A stretch of DNA of 64,000 bases from Candidatus Terraquivivens tengchongensis. Lineage in GTDB: Archaea; Thermoproteota; Nitrososphaeria_A; Caldarchaeales; Wolframiiraptoraceae. The stretch covers positions 69,693-133,692 of the forward strand of contig JALNJZ010000004.1 in the NCBI GenBank assembly GCA_023261845.1. The letters are read 5' to 3'. The translations under genes were made by a program, and so were the position numbers. A model generated the notes under the pieces. That model was given only the letters and a program-made list of their open reading frames with translations, was not told the DNA's origin and did no database searches. Of the stretch, positions 10,014 to 20,147 are shown piece by piece. Positions within the stretch are counted from its first letter, which is position 1. Each line of letters begins with the position of its first letter.

Positions 10014-10886
10014 TTATTGATTATTCTCCAATCCCTTGATCGTGTCGAGTATCTCCTTGTCAAGCGGTTTGTGTTTTCTCTTTCGGTGCCTGCCAGAAAA
10101 GTAAGGTCCGACGTTCATGAAGGCCCTCTCCGCCAACTCATCACCTTCTCCCGGAGAAAACCTCCTCCAAGCATTCGGGAAGTGTTGAAAGGATTCCGGA
10201 AGCGTCCAGTCGATGTGAAACTCTGATAGGTTCTCTGGCAAGACGCAGACGGCCACGCGGTCAATCTCCCTGTGAAGCGAAAGGGGCGCGGTGAAGACCC
10301 TCTGGATGTCAATTATCGCTTCAACGACAGCACCGCCTTCTGGCTCGAGCTTACCTACGATGAACTTCGCTACGGAATACGCTATGTCGAGCGGGTCTAT
10401 TCTCTTCCTCATATCCTTGCTGAAAGCCTCTTGGTGAATATGAACGTGTGCTCCCCTCCCGCTCCACTTGAAGAAGACGGAGTTAACTATTCCGTATTTC
10501 TCCAGCAGCTTGATAATTTGCATAGCCTTCTCAACGACGTTCCTCCAGTCTCCATCCTTGCAGTCTATGTCCAAAGTTGGAGAGGATGCGATGATGTTCT
10601 CCCTATCAATGACGTTATATCTTGACTCCAGGGTTCGGTAGATATGTGCCGATGCGTATATTGCCCTAGGCTTGTACTTTACATACTCCGAGAACAAACA
10701 TTGGATGTCGTCCTCGGAGAATATCCTCAGCGGTCTTCTTTTTGCATCGTATCTGAGCATGATTTTGTTTCCTTTTTGGTCAACCTCTTCGCAATGTAAT
10801 GCTACCCAGCGGTTGGCACAGTATTCTGCTATCTCATGCTTCACGTCCTTACGGGAGTAGTGCTCCAGCACATCCTCCCATTCCAT
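10014..10886 (-). CDS. priS: archaeo-eukaryotic primase (AEP) small subunit, PriS-like
   Basis: AEP motifs I (SPTLDIDCKDGD), II (SGRGAHVHI) and III (DIQRVFTAPLSLH). 290 aa. No obvious zinc knuckle. Confidence 0.6.
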   Translation of the reverse strand: MEWEDVLEHYSRKDVKHEIAEYCANRWVALHCEEVDQKGNKIMLRYDAKRRPLRIFSEDDIQCLFSEYVKYKPRAIYASAHIYRTLESRYNVIDRENIIASSPTLDIDCKDGDWRNVVEKAMQIIKLLEKYGIVNSVFFKWSGRGAHVHIHQEAFSKDMRKRIDPLDIAYSVAKFIVGKLEPEGGAVVEAIIDIQRVFTAPLSLHREIDRVAVCVLPENLSEFHIDWTLPESFQHFPNAWRRFSPGEGDELAERAFMNVGPYFSGRHRKRKHKPLDKEILDTIKGLENNQ

Positions 10887-11705
10887 TCAGAGAACTTCCT
10901 CCGACTTCCTCTTAGCATCGAGTATCCTCCTTACAACTTCGGGTGGGAGTTTATAGTCCTCTGCCCTCATCTCCACTCTCCGCAGGACCACCATACCAAC
11001 GCCGGGCTTTATGTCGATCTCATGTAGATACCTACTGTGGTTTGTCTGCCTCATCTTCTCGATTATCACGAACCTCTTCAACTCGCCCCTTCTCAAGAGT
11101 CTCCTGAACCTGATTATACCATCCGCTATATGCTCGATTCCCCAGCCGAAGCTCTCCGCGGTCGTTATCGCGTACTGGCTGACTGCCAGGATCGTGAAGT
11201 TCCACTTTGATAGCACCTTCTTCACAAAGTAGCTGTATCTTCTAGCCATCGCGGGCTTATCGAGCCAGAAGGCTGATAGACTATCTATTACAACCCTTGC
11301 CCTACCGTAACCGAGCTCCTTCTTAGCCTCGATTATCTTGCCGATGAGTCCTTCTGGCTCGAGGTTTTGGAGGCTCCATTTATCTTCCCTACCCATCAGG
11401 GCGTCTATTACGATCAGCTTTCCATCATTTACCGCATCTGCAAACCTCATGTTGAACTGCGATGCTTGCTTTATTATCGATTCTCTGCTCTCTTCAGTCG
11501 TAACGTAAATACATTTGTCACCCTCAGCTATTCCTTGGTTGATAAAATGAATAGAGAATATCGTCTTTCCGCAACCCGGTTCTCCAGTCACGGCTACGAA
11601 GAACTCTTCTGGAATACCACCTTCCAGTAATTCATCCATACCTACGACGCCCGTCTTCAGCCTCCTGCCTTCGCCTAACAACCCAAAATAAGCATTGCGT
11701 AGCAT
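10887..11705 (-). CDS. KaiC-like RecA-superfamily ATPase
   Basis: Walker A GEPGCGKT and a Walker B-like VVIDSLSAF. Single KaiC/RadA-like domain. Stop abuts the priS-like start. Confidence 0.7.
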   Translation of the reverse strand: MLRNAYFGLLGEGRRLKTGVVGMDELLEGGIPEEFFVAVTGEPGCGKTIFSIHFINQGIAEGDKCIYVTTEESRESIIKQASQFNMRFADAVNDGKLIVIDALMGREDKWSLQNLEPEGLIGKIIEAKKELGYGRARVVIDSLSAFWLDKPAMARRYSYFVKKVLSKWNFTILAVSQYAITTAESFGWGIEHIADGIIRFRRLLRRGELKRFVIIEKMRQTNHSRYLHEIDIKPGVGMVVLRRVEMRAEDYKLPPEVVRRILDAKRKSEEVL

Positions 11706-11838
11706 GAAATAAAGGTTGAAGACCTTATATCCTTCTTGCTACCCATGAAAGGAACATGTCCACTTTTGCACCATCTTTAAGTTTCAGCTATATGCTTATA
11801 TTTTTAGGCTTGAAAGTCCTCCCCAAAGGTGCAAAAGA

Positions 11839-12942
11839 TTGTCGGACGACAAAAGAGCGATAGATCCGTGGAATTCAACACTTCCAGCAGATTACGAAAC
11901 CCTGATGGCAGAGTTTGGTATAGAACCGATAACCGACGAGCTCATCTCTGCTTTTCCGTCAACCCATAGACTCCTAAGAAGAAAAGTCGAGTTTGGCCAT
12001 AGAGACCTTTTGAGAATCGTTGACAGCATAAGAAGGAATGAGGCGTATGCCGTGATGAGTGGAATAAAGCCGACGGGTGAGTTCCATCTTGGAACGATGA
12101 TGACCGCGGAGGAGATCATATTTTACCAGAGCCTCTCGGATAAATCAGTAGCCCACTACTGCATAGCGGACCTCGAGGCATTCGCGGATAACGGTATACC
12201 TCTTGAGGAGTCGCATGAGATAGCCGTGGGAAATGTCGCAGACCTGCTCGCGCTTGGGCTGGACTATAAAAGGGCTTACATATACAAGCAGTCTGAGGAA
12301 AGGCTAGTTCAGAAGTTGGCGTTCATATTTTCGACCGCCGTGACGTTCAACATGTTAGAGGCAATTTACGGTCCTAAGCAGATCAAGTACTATCTATCCG
12401 CCCTAATACAGGTCGGAGACATTATGCTGCCGCAGACCGAGGAATATGGCGGTCCGAAGCCCGTCCTCGTACCGGTAGGAATCGACCAAGACCCGCACAT
12501 CAGACTCTCCAGGGACATCGCCAAGAAGTTTAAGTTTGTACCGCCAAGCGCCGTCTTCCATAAGCTGACGAGGTCTTTGCTAGGTGAAGAAAAGATGTCG
12601 AAGAGGAATCCGATGAGTATGATGACGTTATCGGATGACCCGAAATTAGCTGAGAGAAAAATTTGGTCAGCACTTACTGGTGGTAGAGGCACAGTCGAGG
12701 AGCAGCGAAGGCTTGGTGGTGAGCCTGAAAAATGTGTTGTCTTTGAACTCATGACGAATCACTTCATCGATGACGATGATGAATTGAGAAAAATTTACTG
12801 GGAATGTAAAACGGGTGCTAGGTTGTGCGGGGATTGTAAGTCTCAGCTTGCGGACATCGTATCGAGTTTCTTGAGAAAACACCAACAAAAGAAGGAGGGG
12901 CTCATGGACCTTGCAAGGAACATAGTAGAGGGAGAACGATGA
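11839..12942 (+). CDS. trpS: class I aminoacyl-tRNA synthetase, tryptophanyl-tRNA synthetase-like
   Basis: HIGH-like GEFHLGTMM and a KMSKS motif (EKMSKRNP). 367 aa fits archaeal TrpRS better than TyrRS. Cys-rich C-terminus. Confidence 0.55.
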   Translation: MSDDKRAIDPWNSTLPADYETLMAEFGIEPITDELISAFPSTHRLLRRKVEFGHRDLLRIVDSIRRNEAYAVMSGIKPTGEFHLGTMMTAEEIIFYQSLSDKSVAHYCIADLEAFADNGIPLEESHEIAVGNVADLLALGLDYKRAYIYKQSEERLVQKLAFIFSTAVTFNMLEAIYGPKQIKYYLSALIQVGDIMLPQTEEYGGPKPVLVPVGIDQDPHIRLSRDIAKKFKFVPPSAVFHKLTRSLLGEEKMSKRNPMSMMTLSDDPKLAERKIWSALTGGRGTVEEQRRLGGEPEKCVVFELMTNHFIDDDDELRKIYWECKTGARLCGDCKSQLADIVSSFLRKHQQKKEGLMDLARNIVEGER

Positions 12943-13841
12943 ACGAAGAAGCTCTTGATCTCTTATTCCAAGCTGGAAGGATAGCAGCCCGTGTAAAGGA
13001 AAGGATATACAGTTTAGTGAAGGAAGGCGTTAAGTTGGTGGAGGTATGCGAGGCCGTCGAGATGATGATAGAATCTGAGGGCGGAAAGCCCGCTTTTCCT
13101 TGTAACGTTTGCGTGGATGAGGTTGCGGCCCACTACTCGCCGCTACCAGACGACCAATCCACAATACCTCCGAACGCACTCGTCAAAGTGGACTTAGGTG
13201 TACATATCGACGGCTATATAGTTGATACGGCCATAAGTGTCTCGCTCTCGAAGGAAAAACAACCGCTCGTAGCCGCGGCCGAAGAGGCGCTACGCGCCGC
13301 TGTGAAATTCATCAAGGCGGGCACAAGGTTGGGAGAAATAGGCGCTGTAATTCAGAGCACGATACAAAAAGCTGGGTTTAAACCCATCAAAAATCTTACG
13401 GGCCACGAGATATCCAGGTATAACCTTCACGGCGGAGCGTCCATACCGAATATTGCGATACCTGACATAAGAAGGGTAGCGAAGGGAGCAGTGTATGCTA
13501 TAGAGCCTTTTGTAAGTTTCGCGAACGCGGCTGGCGAGGTGGTAAACGCAGACGCTTCGACTATATTCAGGCTGGATGTTAAAAAGGTCCCGATGGCGAA
13601 GTTGAAGCTTGACGAAAAAGCCCTCGTCGAGTACATAGATGAGAACTTCAAAGGCCTACCATACTCGCCAAGATGGTTGCGCGCCTCAAAAGTCCCCGAC
13701 CCCTTAGGCGTCCACGAAAGGCTCGTCAAAACAGGTAGAATCCACAAGTACCCAGTGCTTGTCGAGAAAAGAAGACAGCCGGTGGCGCAAGCAGAGTGTA
13801 CGGTATATGTTGAGGAGAACGGATGCAGGGTCCTAACTTAG
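12939..13841 (+). CDS. map: methionine aminopeptidase, type 2 (archaeal)
   Basis: Pita-bread fold motifs VKVDLGVHIDGYIVDTA, TGHEISRYNLHGG and AIEPFVS. 4-bp overlap with the upstream tRNA synthetase gene. Confidence 0.75.
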   Translation: MNEEALDLLFQAGRIAARVKERIYSLVKEGVKLVEVCEAVEMMIESEGGKPAFPCNVCVDEVAAHYSPLPDDQSTIPPNALVKVDLGVHIDGYIVDTAISVSLSKEKQPLVAAAEEALRAAVKFIKAGTRLGEIGAVIQSTIQKAGFKPIKNLTGHEISRYNLHGGASIPNIAIPDIRRVAKGAVYAIEPFVSFANAAGEVVNADASTIFRLDVKKVPMAKLKLDEKALVEYIDENFKGLPYSPRWLRASKVPDPLGVHERLVKTGRIHKYPVLVEKRRQPVAQAECTVYVEENGCRVLT

Positions 13842-14092
13842 GTCTTCTTCTCCCTTTCCTTGACGTATATTCCGACTATAAGTAGCTCGTTGTTGCCGCA
13901 TTTGGGACATACCTCGTTCGTCTTCTTGAAGACGTAATCCTCCTCTTTAAACGTCCGAGAATTCTCCGTACCGCATGACGTGCACTTTAGGAATGTTAGC
14001 GGCGGCACGTACCTCAGCATCATTTTGGATGGTGGAAAGCTCTCCAATGAGCACACCTGTCTCTTGAGACTAGAATAGCTTATTATAAACAT
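13838..14092 (-). CDS. small zinc-ribbon protein
   Basis: CTSCG...x21...CPKCG forms two CxxC pairs. The true start is probably internal to the listed ORF. Confidence 0.35.
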   Translation of the reverse strand: MFIISYSSLKRQVCSLESFPPSKMMLRYVPPLTFLKCTSCGTENSRTFKEEDYVFKKTNEVCPKCGNNELLIVGIYVKEREKKT

Positions 14093-14100
14093 TTTCTTGA

Positions 14101-15240
14101 TCAGCCGATGCCTACAGTATTTCCTATGCCGGCAATTATCGCTGTTGAACCAGCCGGAACTTTCTCCAGTAGAACGCTTTTTATCTTCTCGACAACGACA
14201 TCTGCTGCTTTTGCTATCACTTCCCTCATCGGCGTTATTGCCTCGACTATCGACTCGTAGATAACGAAAGCGTATAACGGTATTTGTCTCTCCTTCGCTA
14301 TCTCTTCTATCTTATACTTGTCAATTCCAGGCCCTCCGATGGCGACACCCACTCCTTCAACCATCTTGCCCGATTCGTCACCCTCCAGTCTTAAACCGGC
14401 GTCTATCGTTATTATTAGCTTCACGTTGTCGCCCTCCCTTTCAATGAGCTTCTTCACACCCTCGCCCGGTCTGCCTACAGTTCCTCCTGGACCAGTCGCC
14501 CTTACTATCAGAACCCTCCTATTCTCGAATTCTATCTCAGATACCGTAGTATCCTTTGCTATCTCGTACCGCGCCTTTTCCTTACCATACGCCAGCTTAG
14601 CTGCCGCCAACACGCCGATACCGTCGCCTATCGGCTGACCATAAGCGAACGCATAACTTGCAAGCCTGAGCGCCTCCGTCATCTCCATAAGCTGGGGCAT
14701 CAACATCTGCAGCTGAAGTATCAAGTATATGTTGGCAGTCTTCTTTCCGAGTAGATAGTAGTGCCTGACTATACGGTATAAGTAGTTGGTCGTCCTCGCA
14801 ACTTCCATCAAGTTTGCCAAGGTCTTAACCTTGTAATCTTCAGCAGCCGGGCTTAACTTCCTAATTTCCTCTTCAAACCTTGACTCACCAGTCTCTAGTA
14901 TGTGCTCGAGCTTGTAGACTATACCGTAGGGGTCCATAGATTCAGGCTCTATTACGAAGAACTCCATGAGTTTATCAATATCCTGCGTAGGATCTTTCTC
15001 AGGTTTTCCAATCCTCTTTATAGTTTCTATGGTCCTCTCCCTGACCTCGTCCTTAACCAGCTTGAGCCTCGCTAGCTTCTTTTCGAGGTCCCTTAACATA
15101 TAGCCGAGCTGTATCCTCTGGCTCATCGTAGGGTAGAACAGGAACAGCATCATGAGACCGAGCCATATTAGCCATACTAGCATCCCCAAACCCGTCTCAT
15201 CAAACCCTCTTAACTGATTTAGGAAGAGGTCCTCCATCAT
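14101..15240 (-). CDS. membrane-anchored conserved archaeal protein (DUF1512-like)
   Basis: N-terminal TM helix (LGMLVWLIWLGLMMLFLFYP). Gly-rich GPGGTVGRPGEGV segments. 379 aa. Confidence 0.35.
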   Translation of the reverse strand: MMEDLFLNQLRGFDETGLGMLVWLIWLGLMMLFLFYPTMSQRIQLGYMLRDLEKKLARLKLVKDEVRERTIETIKRIGKPEKDPTQDIDKLMEFFVIEPESMDPYGIVYKLEHILETGESRFEEEIRKLSPAAEDYKVKTLANLMEVARTTNYLYRIVRHYYLLGKKTANIYLILQLQMLMPQLMEMTEALRLASYAFAYGQPIGDGIGVLAAAKLAYGKEKARYEIAKDTTVSEIEFENRRVLIVRATGPGGTVGRPGEGVKKLIEREGDNVKLIITIDAGLRLEGDESGKMVEGVGVAIGGPGIDKYKIEEIAKERQIPLYAFVIYESIVEAITPMREVIAKAADVVVEKIKSVLLEKVPAGSTAIIAGIGNTVGIG

Positions 15241-15380
15241 GCTTTCCGTTCGTGTTAGCCTTTATGGAGCCTCTTTTTAAATGTTTAGAAATGGGACGGA
15301 GCAAATATTCTGGTAATCCGTTCCACTTTCGGTGAGCTCTCTGGAAGTTAACCCTTTTTAAGCGTGTTTAAAGCAGTAAC

Positions 15381-15944
15381 ATGGTGATGAATATAGACCT
15401 AGAGCCTTCACCTCTCGGCGAGTTGCTAAGAGAGGTTGAATTCGAATACATGAACACTTACTGCAAAGTAGTTTTACTGAAAGATGTGCCGAGGTTAGAA
15501 GTAGCAGGCATCACTATGGAGAACCTGAAGCAGGGAAATGTTTTACAGCTCAGGAAGTGGGCTGCCGACAAGCTTGTCGAGATGGGCATGGCGAAATGGG
15601 CAGAACCCATCGTCGACTTGAACTACCTATCGCAACTTTTGTGGAAAGAGAAGAATAATGTTACAGAACTCCAAGAGGTGCCAAGGTACTTTTACATGGA
15701 GGTGAAGAGGTTGATAGATGAGGCCTCTAAGACGAGCAAAGAAAAAGCCGACGAAATCAGGCGGAGGTTAATGGATATAATCTCGCTCAGGCTGTTAAAG
15801 CTACTTTCATACGCCGCGAAGAGAATTAGACCTGCTACGATTAACAGGATGACACCGGAAGAAAGCATGCTCTTCGAGTTTGTGATGAAGCTCGTTAACG
15901 ATTGGGTCTCTCATGTCTGCCCGAAAGGAGGTACTGAGGTTTGA
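15381..15944 (+). CDS. GINS subunit (Gins23-like), co-transcribed with mcm
   Basis: 187-aa helical protein that overlaps the mcm start by 4 bp. A gins-mcm operon is typical in crenarchaea. Confidence 0.45.
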   Translation: MVMNIDLEPSPLGELLREVEFEYMNTYCKVVLLKDVPRLEVAGITMENLKQGNVLQLRKWAADKLVEMGMAKWAEPIVDLNYLSQLLWKEKNNVTELQEVPRYFYMEVKRLIDEASKTSKEKADEIRRRLMDIISLRLLKLLSYAAKRIRPATINRMTPEESMLFEFVMKLVNDWVSHVCPKGGTEV

Positions 15945-17959
15945 GCGTGCCGATTGAGGAAAGACTCGTGGAGTTGTTCAAGAGCGAAAAATACAGAGCC
16001 CTGCTCGCAAGGGCTGCGCTCACGAGTCAAAAGTCCATACCGGTTGACTTCAACGACCTAATAGCGTTCGACGAAGAACTGTCTCATAAGATAGTTGACG
16101 AACCTTTGACGTACCTACCGATACTCAGCAGAGCCGCCTATAAGCAGCTCCAAATAGAGAGTCCAGAATACGCCGCAAAGGTAACGAACTTCTATGCTAG
16201 GGTTCACAACCTACCAGTCGTCACGCCGATACGTGAGATAAGGTCCACGCATCTAAGGAAGCTGATAATGGTAGACGGCATAGTCGTGAGGGCGACCGTG
16301 GTCAAACCGATGCTTGATGTCGGCGTCTTTCAGTGTAGATACTGTGGCGAAAAGTATAGAGTACCACAGAACAACGCACCTAGATTGAGGCAACCAGAAA
16401 GATGCACGAGTCCCCAGTGCAGGGGAAAGAGGCCCGTGTTCGACCTCATCCAAGAAGAATCAGAATTCGTGGACTACCAAGTGATCGGCGTACAAGAAAA
16501 ACCCGAGGACCTCCCGCCAGGTCAGCTACCCAGAGTTATCGAAGTAAGGTTAAGAGACGACCTAGTGGACAGGGCAAGGCCAGGGGACAGAGTCCTAATA
16601 ACGAGCATACTGCTTTCATCTCAAGAAAGGACGGGCGAGGTACCTCTAAGGACGTTCAAGTCGTACTTGGATGCAGTCTGGGTCGAGACTGTCAGCAAAG
16701 AACCCGAGTCTCTCCAGATAACTCCGGAGGAGGAAGAGCTGTTCAAGCAGATGGCTCAAGACCCGCTCATCTACAACAAGATAATGGACTCGTTAGCACC
16801 GAGCATCTACGGGCTTGAGCACATAAAGGAGGCAATAATGCTGTTGCTCTTCGGCGGTAGAAACAAGGTCTTTCCTGATGGTGTGAAGGTCAGGGGCGAC
16901 ATTAACATCTTGCTGGTCGGAGACCCGGGTATGGCGAAGAGCGCCCTACTGCAGTACGTAGCCAACATAGCACCGAGAGGTCTGTATACGTCAGGAAGGG
17001 GTACAACGGCTGCTGGCTTGACCGCTGCAGTAATCAGGGAGCAGGGCGGCGGCATGGTGCTAGAGGCTGGTGCAACTGTCCTCGCGGACATGGGAGTGTG
17101 TTGCATAGACGAGATAGATAAGATGAAGCCCGAAGACAGGGTGGCTCTGCATGAGGTGATGGCGCAACAAACGGTAAGCATCGCCAAGGGCGGCATAGTG
17201 GCTACGTTGAACGCCAGAACTTCGATATTAGCAGCGGCAAACCCTGCGCTCGGTAGATACGACCCCTACATGTCTTTCACGGATAATGTCAACTTACCCG
17301 TAACTCTGCTATCTAGGTTCGACCTCATATTTGTGTTGAGGGACGAGCCAAACTTGGAGCAGGATAAAAAAGTCTCCTCGCATATACTTGCGCTCCATTC
17401 AACGGGTAGCCCGACGGTAGCGCCGCCGATAAAACCGGAGATACTGAAGAAGTACATAGCGTATGCGAAAAGGGTGAACCCTGAACTTACACCTGGAGCG
17501 TTAAAGATCTTGGAAGATTTCTACCTCCAGATGAGGTCAGTCTACGAAAAGACCTCCACGGTCACGATAACCGCGAGGCAGTTAGAATCCTTAATAAGGC
17601 TCGCTGAGGCAAGGGCCAGAGTTGCGTTGAGGGATAAGGTAACAGAAGAGGATGCTGGTGCCGTCGTCCTCTTGATGAAGAGAAGCCTGCAGGAGGTCGG
17701 CATAGACGTCAAGACAGGGAAGCCGGACATAGACGTCATCATGACAGGGAAGCCGAAGAGCGTTAGGGATAAGCTCGCCATCGTCCTGAACATGATAAAG
17801 GAATTCGAAGAGAGGAAAGGGGTCGCGGAGGAAGAGGAGCTGAAGGCTGCCTTGGTGGAGAATGGGTTGAGCGAGCCCGAGATCAACAGGATACTGAGTT
17901 GGCTAATAACCGAGGGTAAAGTTTATACACCGAAGCCAGGCTGTTATAAGGTCGCGTGA
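15941..17959 (+). CDS. mcm: minichromosome maintenance helicase MCM
   Basis: Walker A GDPGMAKS, Walker B CIDEIDKM, arginine finger SRFDLIF, Zn motif CRYCG...C..C. 672 aa. Confidence 0.95.
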   Translation: MSVPIEERLVELFKSEKYRALLARAALTSQKSIPVDFNDLIAFDEELSHKIVDEPLTYLPILSRAAYKQLQIESPEYAAKVTNFYARVHNLPVVTPIREIRSTHLRKLIMVDGIVVRATVVKPMLDVGVFQCRYCGEKYRVPQNNAPRLRQPERCTSPQCRGKRPVFDLIQEESEFVDYQVIGVQEKPEDLPPGQLPRVIEVRLRDDLVDRARPGDRVLITSILLSSQERTGEVPLRTFKSYLDAVWVETVSKEPESLQITPEEEELFKQMAQDPLIYNKIMDSLAPSIYGLEHIKEAIMLLLFGGRNKVFPDGVKVRGDINILLVGDPGMAKSALLQYVANIAPRGLYTSGRGTTAAGLTAAVIREQGGGMVLEAGATVLADMGVCCIDEIDKMKPEDRVALHEVMAQQTVSIAKGGIVATLNARTSILAAANPALGRYDPYMSFTDNVNLPVTLLSRFDLIFVLRDEPNLEQDKKVSSHILALHSTGSPTVAPPIKPEILKKYIAYAKRVNPELTPGALKILEDFYLQMRSVYEKTSTVTITARQLESLIRLAEARARVALRDKVTEEDAGAVVLLMKRSLQEVGIDVKTGKPDIDVIMTGKPKSVRDKLAIVLNMIKEFEERKGVAEEEELKAALVENGLSEPEINRILSWLITEGKVYTPKPGCYKVA

Positions 17960-17978
17960 AGTTTTTGAAAAACTACTG

Positions 17979-20147
17979 GTGCCATCTATGCTCATAACCG
18001 ACCTTCCGATACCAGACTATCTCAAGTCAAACCTCTTGAAGTTCGGGATAAGAGAGCTTTACCCTCCGCAGGTTGAGGCGATAAGGAGGAACGTCCTGAG
18101 CGGGAAGAATCTCGTCCTAGCGACGCCGACCGCCAGCGGAAAGACTCTGGTAGCCATTCTTGCTGCTTCAGTCCACCTCGCGAAAGGCGGCAAGGTGATG
18201 TACCTCACGCCGCTTAGAGCCCTGACATCAGAGAAGCTGCACGAGTTTAGGACGTTGCTGGCTTCCGGAGAGGGTGGAAGGATAAAGGTGGCGGCAACGT
18301 CTGGCGATTATGACAGCGAAGACAGATGGCTTGCCGACTACGACGTCATAATATGCACGAACGAGAAGGCCGACAGCCTCTTGAGGCATGGTGCAGAGTG
18401 GGTAAGAGATGTGTCACTATTAATCGTTGACGAGGTTCACGTCATAGGTGAACCGGAAAGGGGTCCTACACTCGAGGTCGTATTGACGAGGCTCAGAGAG
18501 ATGGCACCGAAGGCACAAGTCCTTTCGCTCAGCGCAACCATAAGGAATGCAGAAGAGCTGGCAGATTGGTTAGGCTGCGAGTGCGTGACGAGTGAGTGGA
18601 GACCTGTTCCGCTTAAGGAGGGGGTCTACTTTGACGGCAAGCTTGAGTTTAACGACAGCAACATCAAGCTAAAGAACTACGAATCAGACCCTACCTTGAA
18701 CGTGGCTATATGGACAATTATGGAGGGCGGACAAGCGCTAATATTCGCGTTATCCAGAAGGAAAGCAGAGAGCTTAGCGGAAAAGGCGGCCGCCGCTCTG
18801 AGCAGACACCCAGAGTGCATCAACTACGAAGAATCAGAGATGTTGAGAAGGTTCGCTGAGGAGATGATGAGCGAAAGCGAGCGCTCAAGCTTCACCGAAA
18901 GGCTTGTCAGGCTCATGGTTAGGGGAAGCGCATTCCATCATGCTGGCCTCGGTTACAAGCACAGGCAGATAATTGAGGAGGCATTCAGGAGCAGGTGTCT
19001 GAAGATACTTTGTGCCACTCCGACACTTGCTGCTGGCGTAAACCTTCCGGCAAGGACCGTTATAATCCCGGAGCTTTGGAGGTACGAGCCGACGTACGGC
19101 ATGCAGTACATATCAGTCATGGAGTACAAGCAGTTTTCGGGAAGGGCTGGAAGGCCGAGGTACGACGACGTGGGATACGCGGTCAGTATAGCAAGAAAAG
19201 AGGTGGAGCGCGAGATGATATTAAGCAGGTACATAATGGGCTTACCCGAAAAGATCTACTCGAGGCTCTCGAGCGAAAGGCACATCAGGATACAGACTTT
19301 GGCCTTGATAGCTACGAGAGCTACGGAAAGCACGAAGGAGCTGCTCAGCTTCTTCGAGAAGACCTTCTTCGGATACCAGTACGGTGTCATCGGCGTGAAG
19401 GACAAAATCATAAAGGCCATAGAGTTCTTGGACAAGCACGGCATGGTGGAGGTTGTTGACGGTGCGCTGAGCGCCACAAGGCTAGGCAAGAGGGTCTCAG
19501 AACTTTACATCGACCCGCTGACTGCAGTTAGGCTTATAGAGGCGATGAATGTGAAGGCAGGGGAGATAACGGACGTGACGCTCCTTCATATGCTCTGCAT
19601 GACACCTGACGTTCCATCCATACCTATGGCTAAGATTTCGCTTGATAGGCTCGCCAACTACTACGAGAAACACAAGGAAGAACTGCTCCTTAAACCACCA
19701 GATCCTGATGAAGAACCAGAGGTCTACGAAGCTTACCTTGAGACTCTGAAGAACGTGATGGTCTTGGAGGCATGGGTAAACGAAGTGAGTGAGGGTGACA
19801 TATACGAGAGGCTGGGCGTCGAGCCAGGCGACCTTGCAGCCCTTAGGGAGAAAGCTGAATGGGTCTGCTACTCGGCCCATCAGATAGCGAACGTCATAAA
19901 GGCAGTTGATTTCATAAGTCCGTTGCGCGTGATGACCGAGAGGCTGAGGCATGGGATAAAGGAGGAGCTCATACCGCTGACGAGGCTCGAGGGGATAGGC
20001 AGGGTTAGGGCAAGGGCGCTGTACAGCAAAGGTTTCAGGAGCATAGAGGACTTGAAGAGGGTGAGCATAAGCGAGCTGATGTCCGTGCCGGGCATAGGAC
20101 CGCAGATAGCGCGCAGGATAAAGGAGCAGCTCAGCGAAGTTCCTTGA
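17979..20147 (+). CDS. hel308: Ski2-type helicase Hel308/Hjm
   Basis: ATPTASGKTL Walker A, DEVH box, C-terminal HhH (SVPGIGPQIARRI). 722 aa. Confidence 0.85.
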   Translation: MPSMLITDLPIPDYLKSNLLKFGIRELYPPQVEAIRRNVLSGKNLVLATPTASGKTLVAILAASVHLAKGGKVMYLTPLRALTSEKLHEFRTLLASGEGGRIKVAATSGDYDSEDRWLADYDVIICTNEKADSLLRHGAEWVRDVSLLIVDEVHVIGEPERGPTLEVVLTRLREMAPKAQVLSLSATIRNAEELADWLGCECVTSEWRPVPLKEGVYFDGKLEFNDSNIKLKNYESDPTLNVAIWTIMEGGQALIFALSRRKAESLAEKAAAALSRHPECINYEESEMLRRFAEEMMSESERSSFTERLVRLMVRGSAFHHAGLGYKHRQIIEEAFRSRCLKILCATPTLAAGVNLPARTVIIPELWRYEPTYGMQYISVMEYKQFSGRAGRPRYDDVGYAVSIARKEVEREMILSRYIMGLPEKIYSRLSSERHIRIQTLALIATRATESTKELLSFFEKTFFGYQYGVIGVKDKIIKAIEFLDKHGMVEVVDGALSATRLGKRVSELYIDPLTAVRLIEAMNVKAGEITDVTLLHMLCMTPDVPSIPMAKISLDRLANYYEKHKEELLLKPPDPDEEPEVYEAYLETLKNVMVLEAWVNEVSEGDIYERLGVEPGDLAALREKAEWVCYSAHQIANVIKAVDFISPLRVMTERLRHGIKEELIPLTRLEGIGRVRARALYSKGFRSIEDLKRVSISELMSVPGIGPQIARRIKEQLSEVP

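Noticed and set aside
16402-16818. 138-aa ORF in an alternative frame inside mcm
   Set aside because: It lies entirely within the well-supported MCM reading frame. Its composition is Arg/Pro/Gly-rich, typical of an out-of-frame read of a GC-richer coding stretch.
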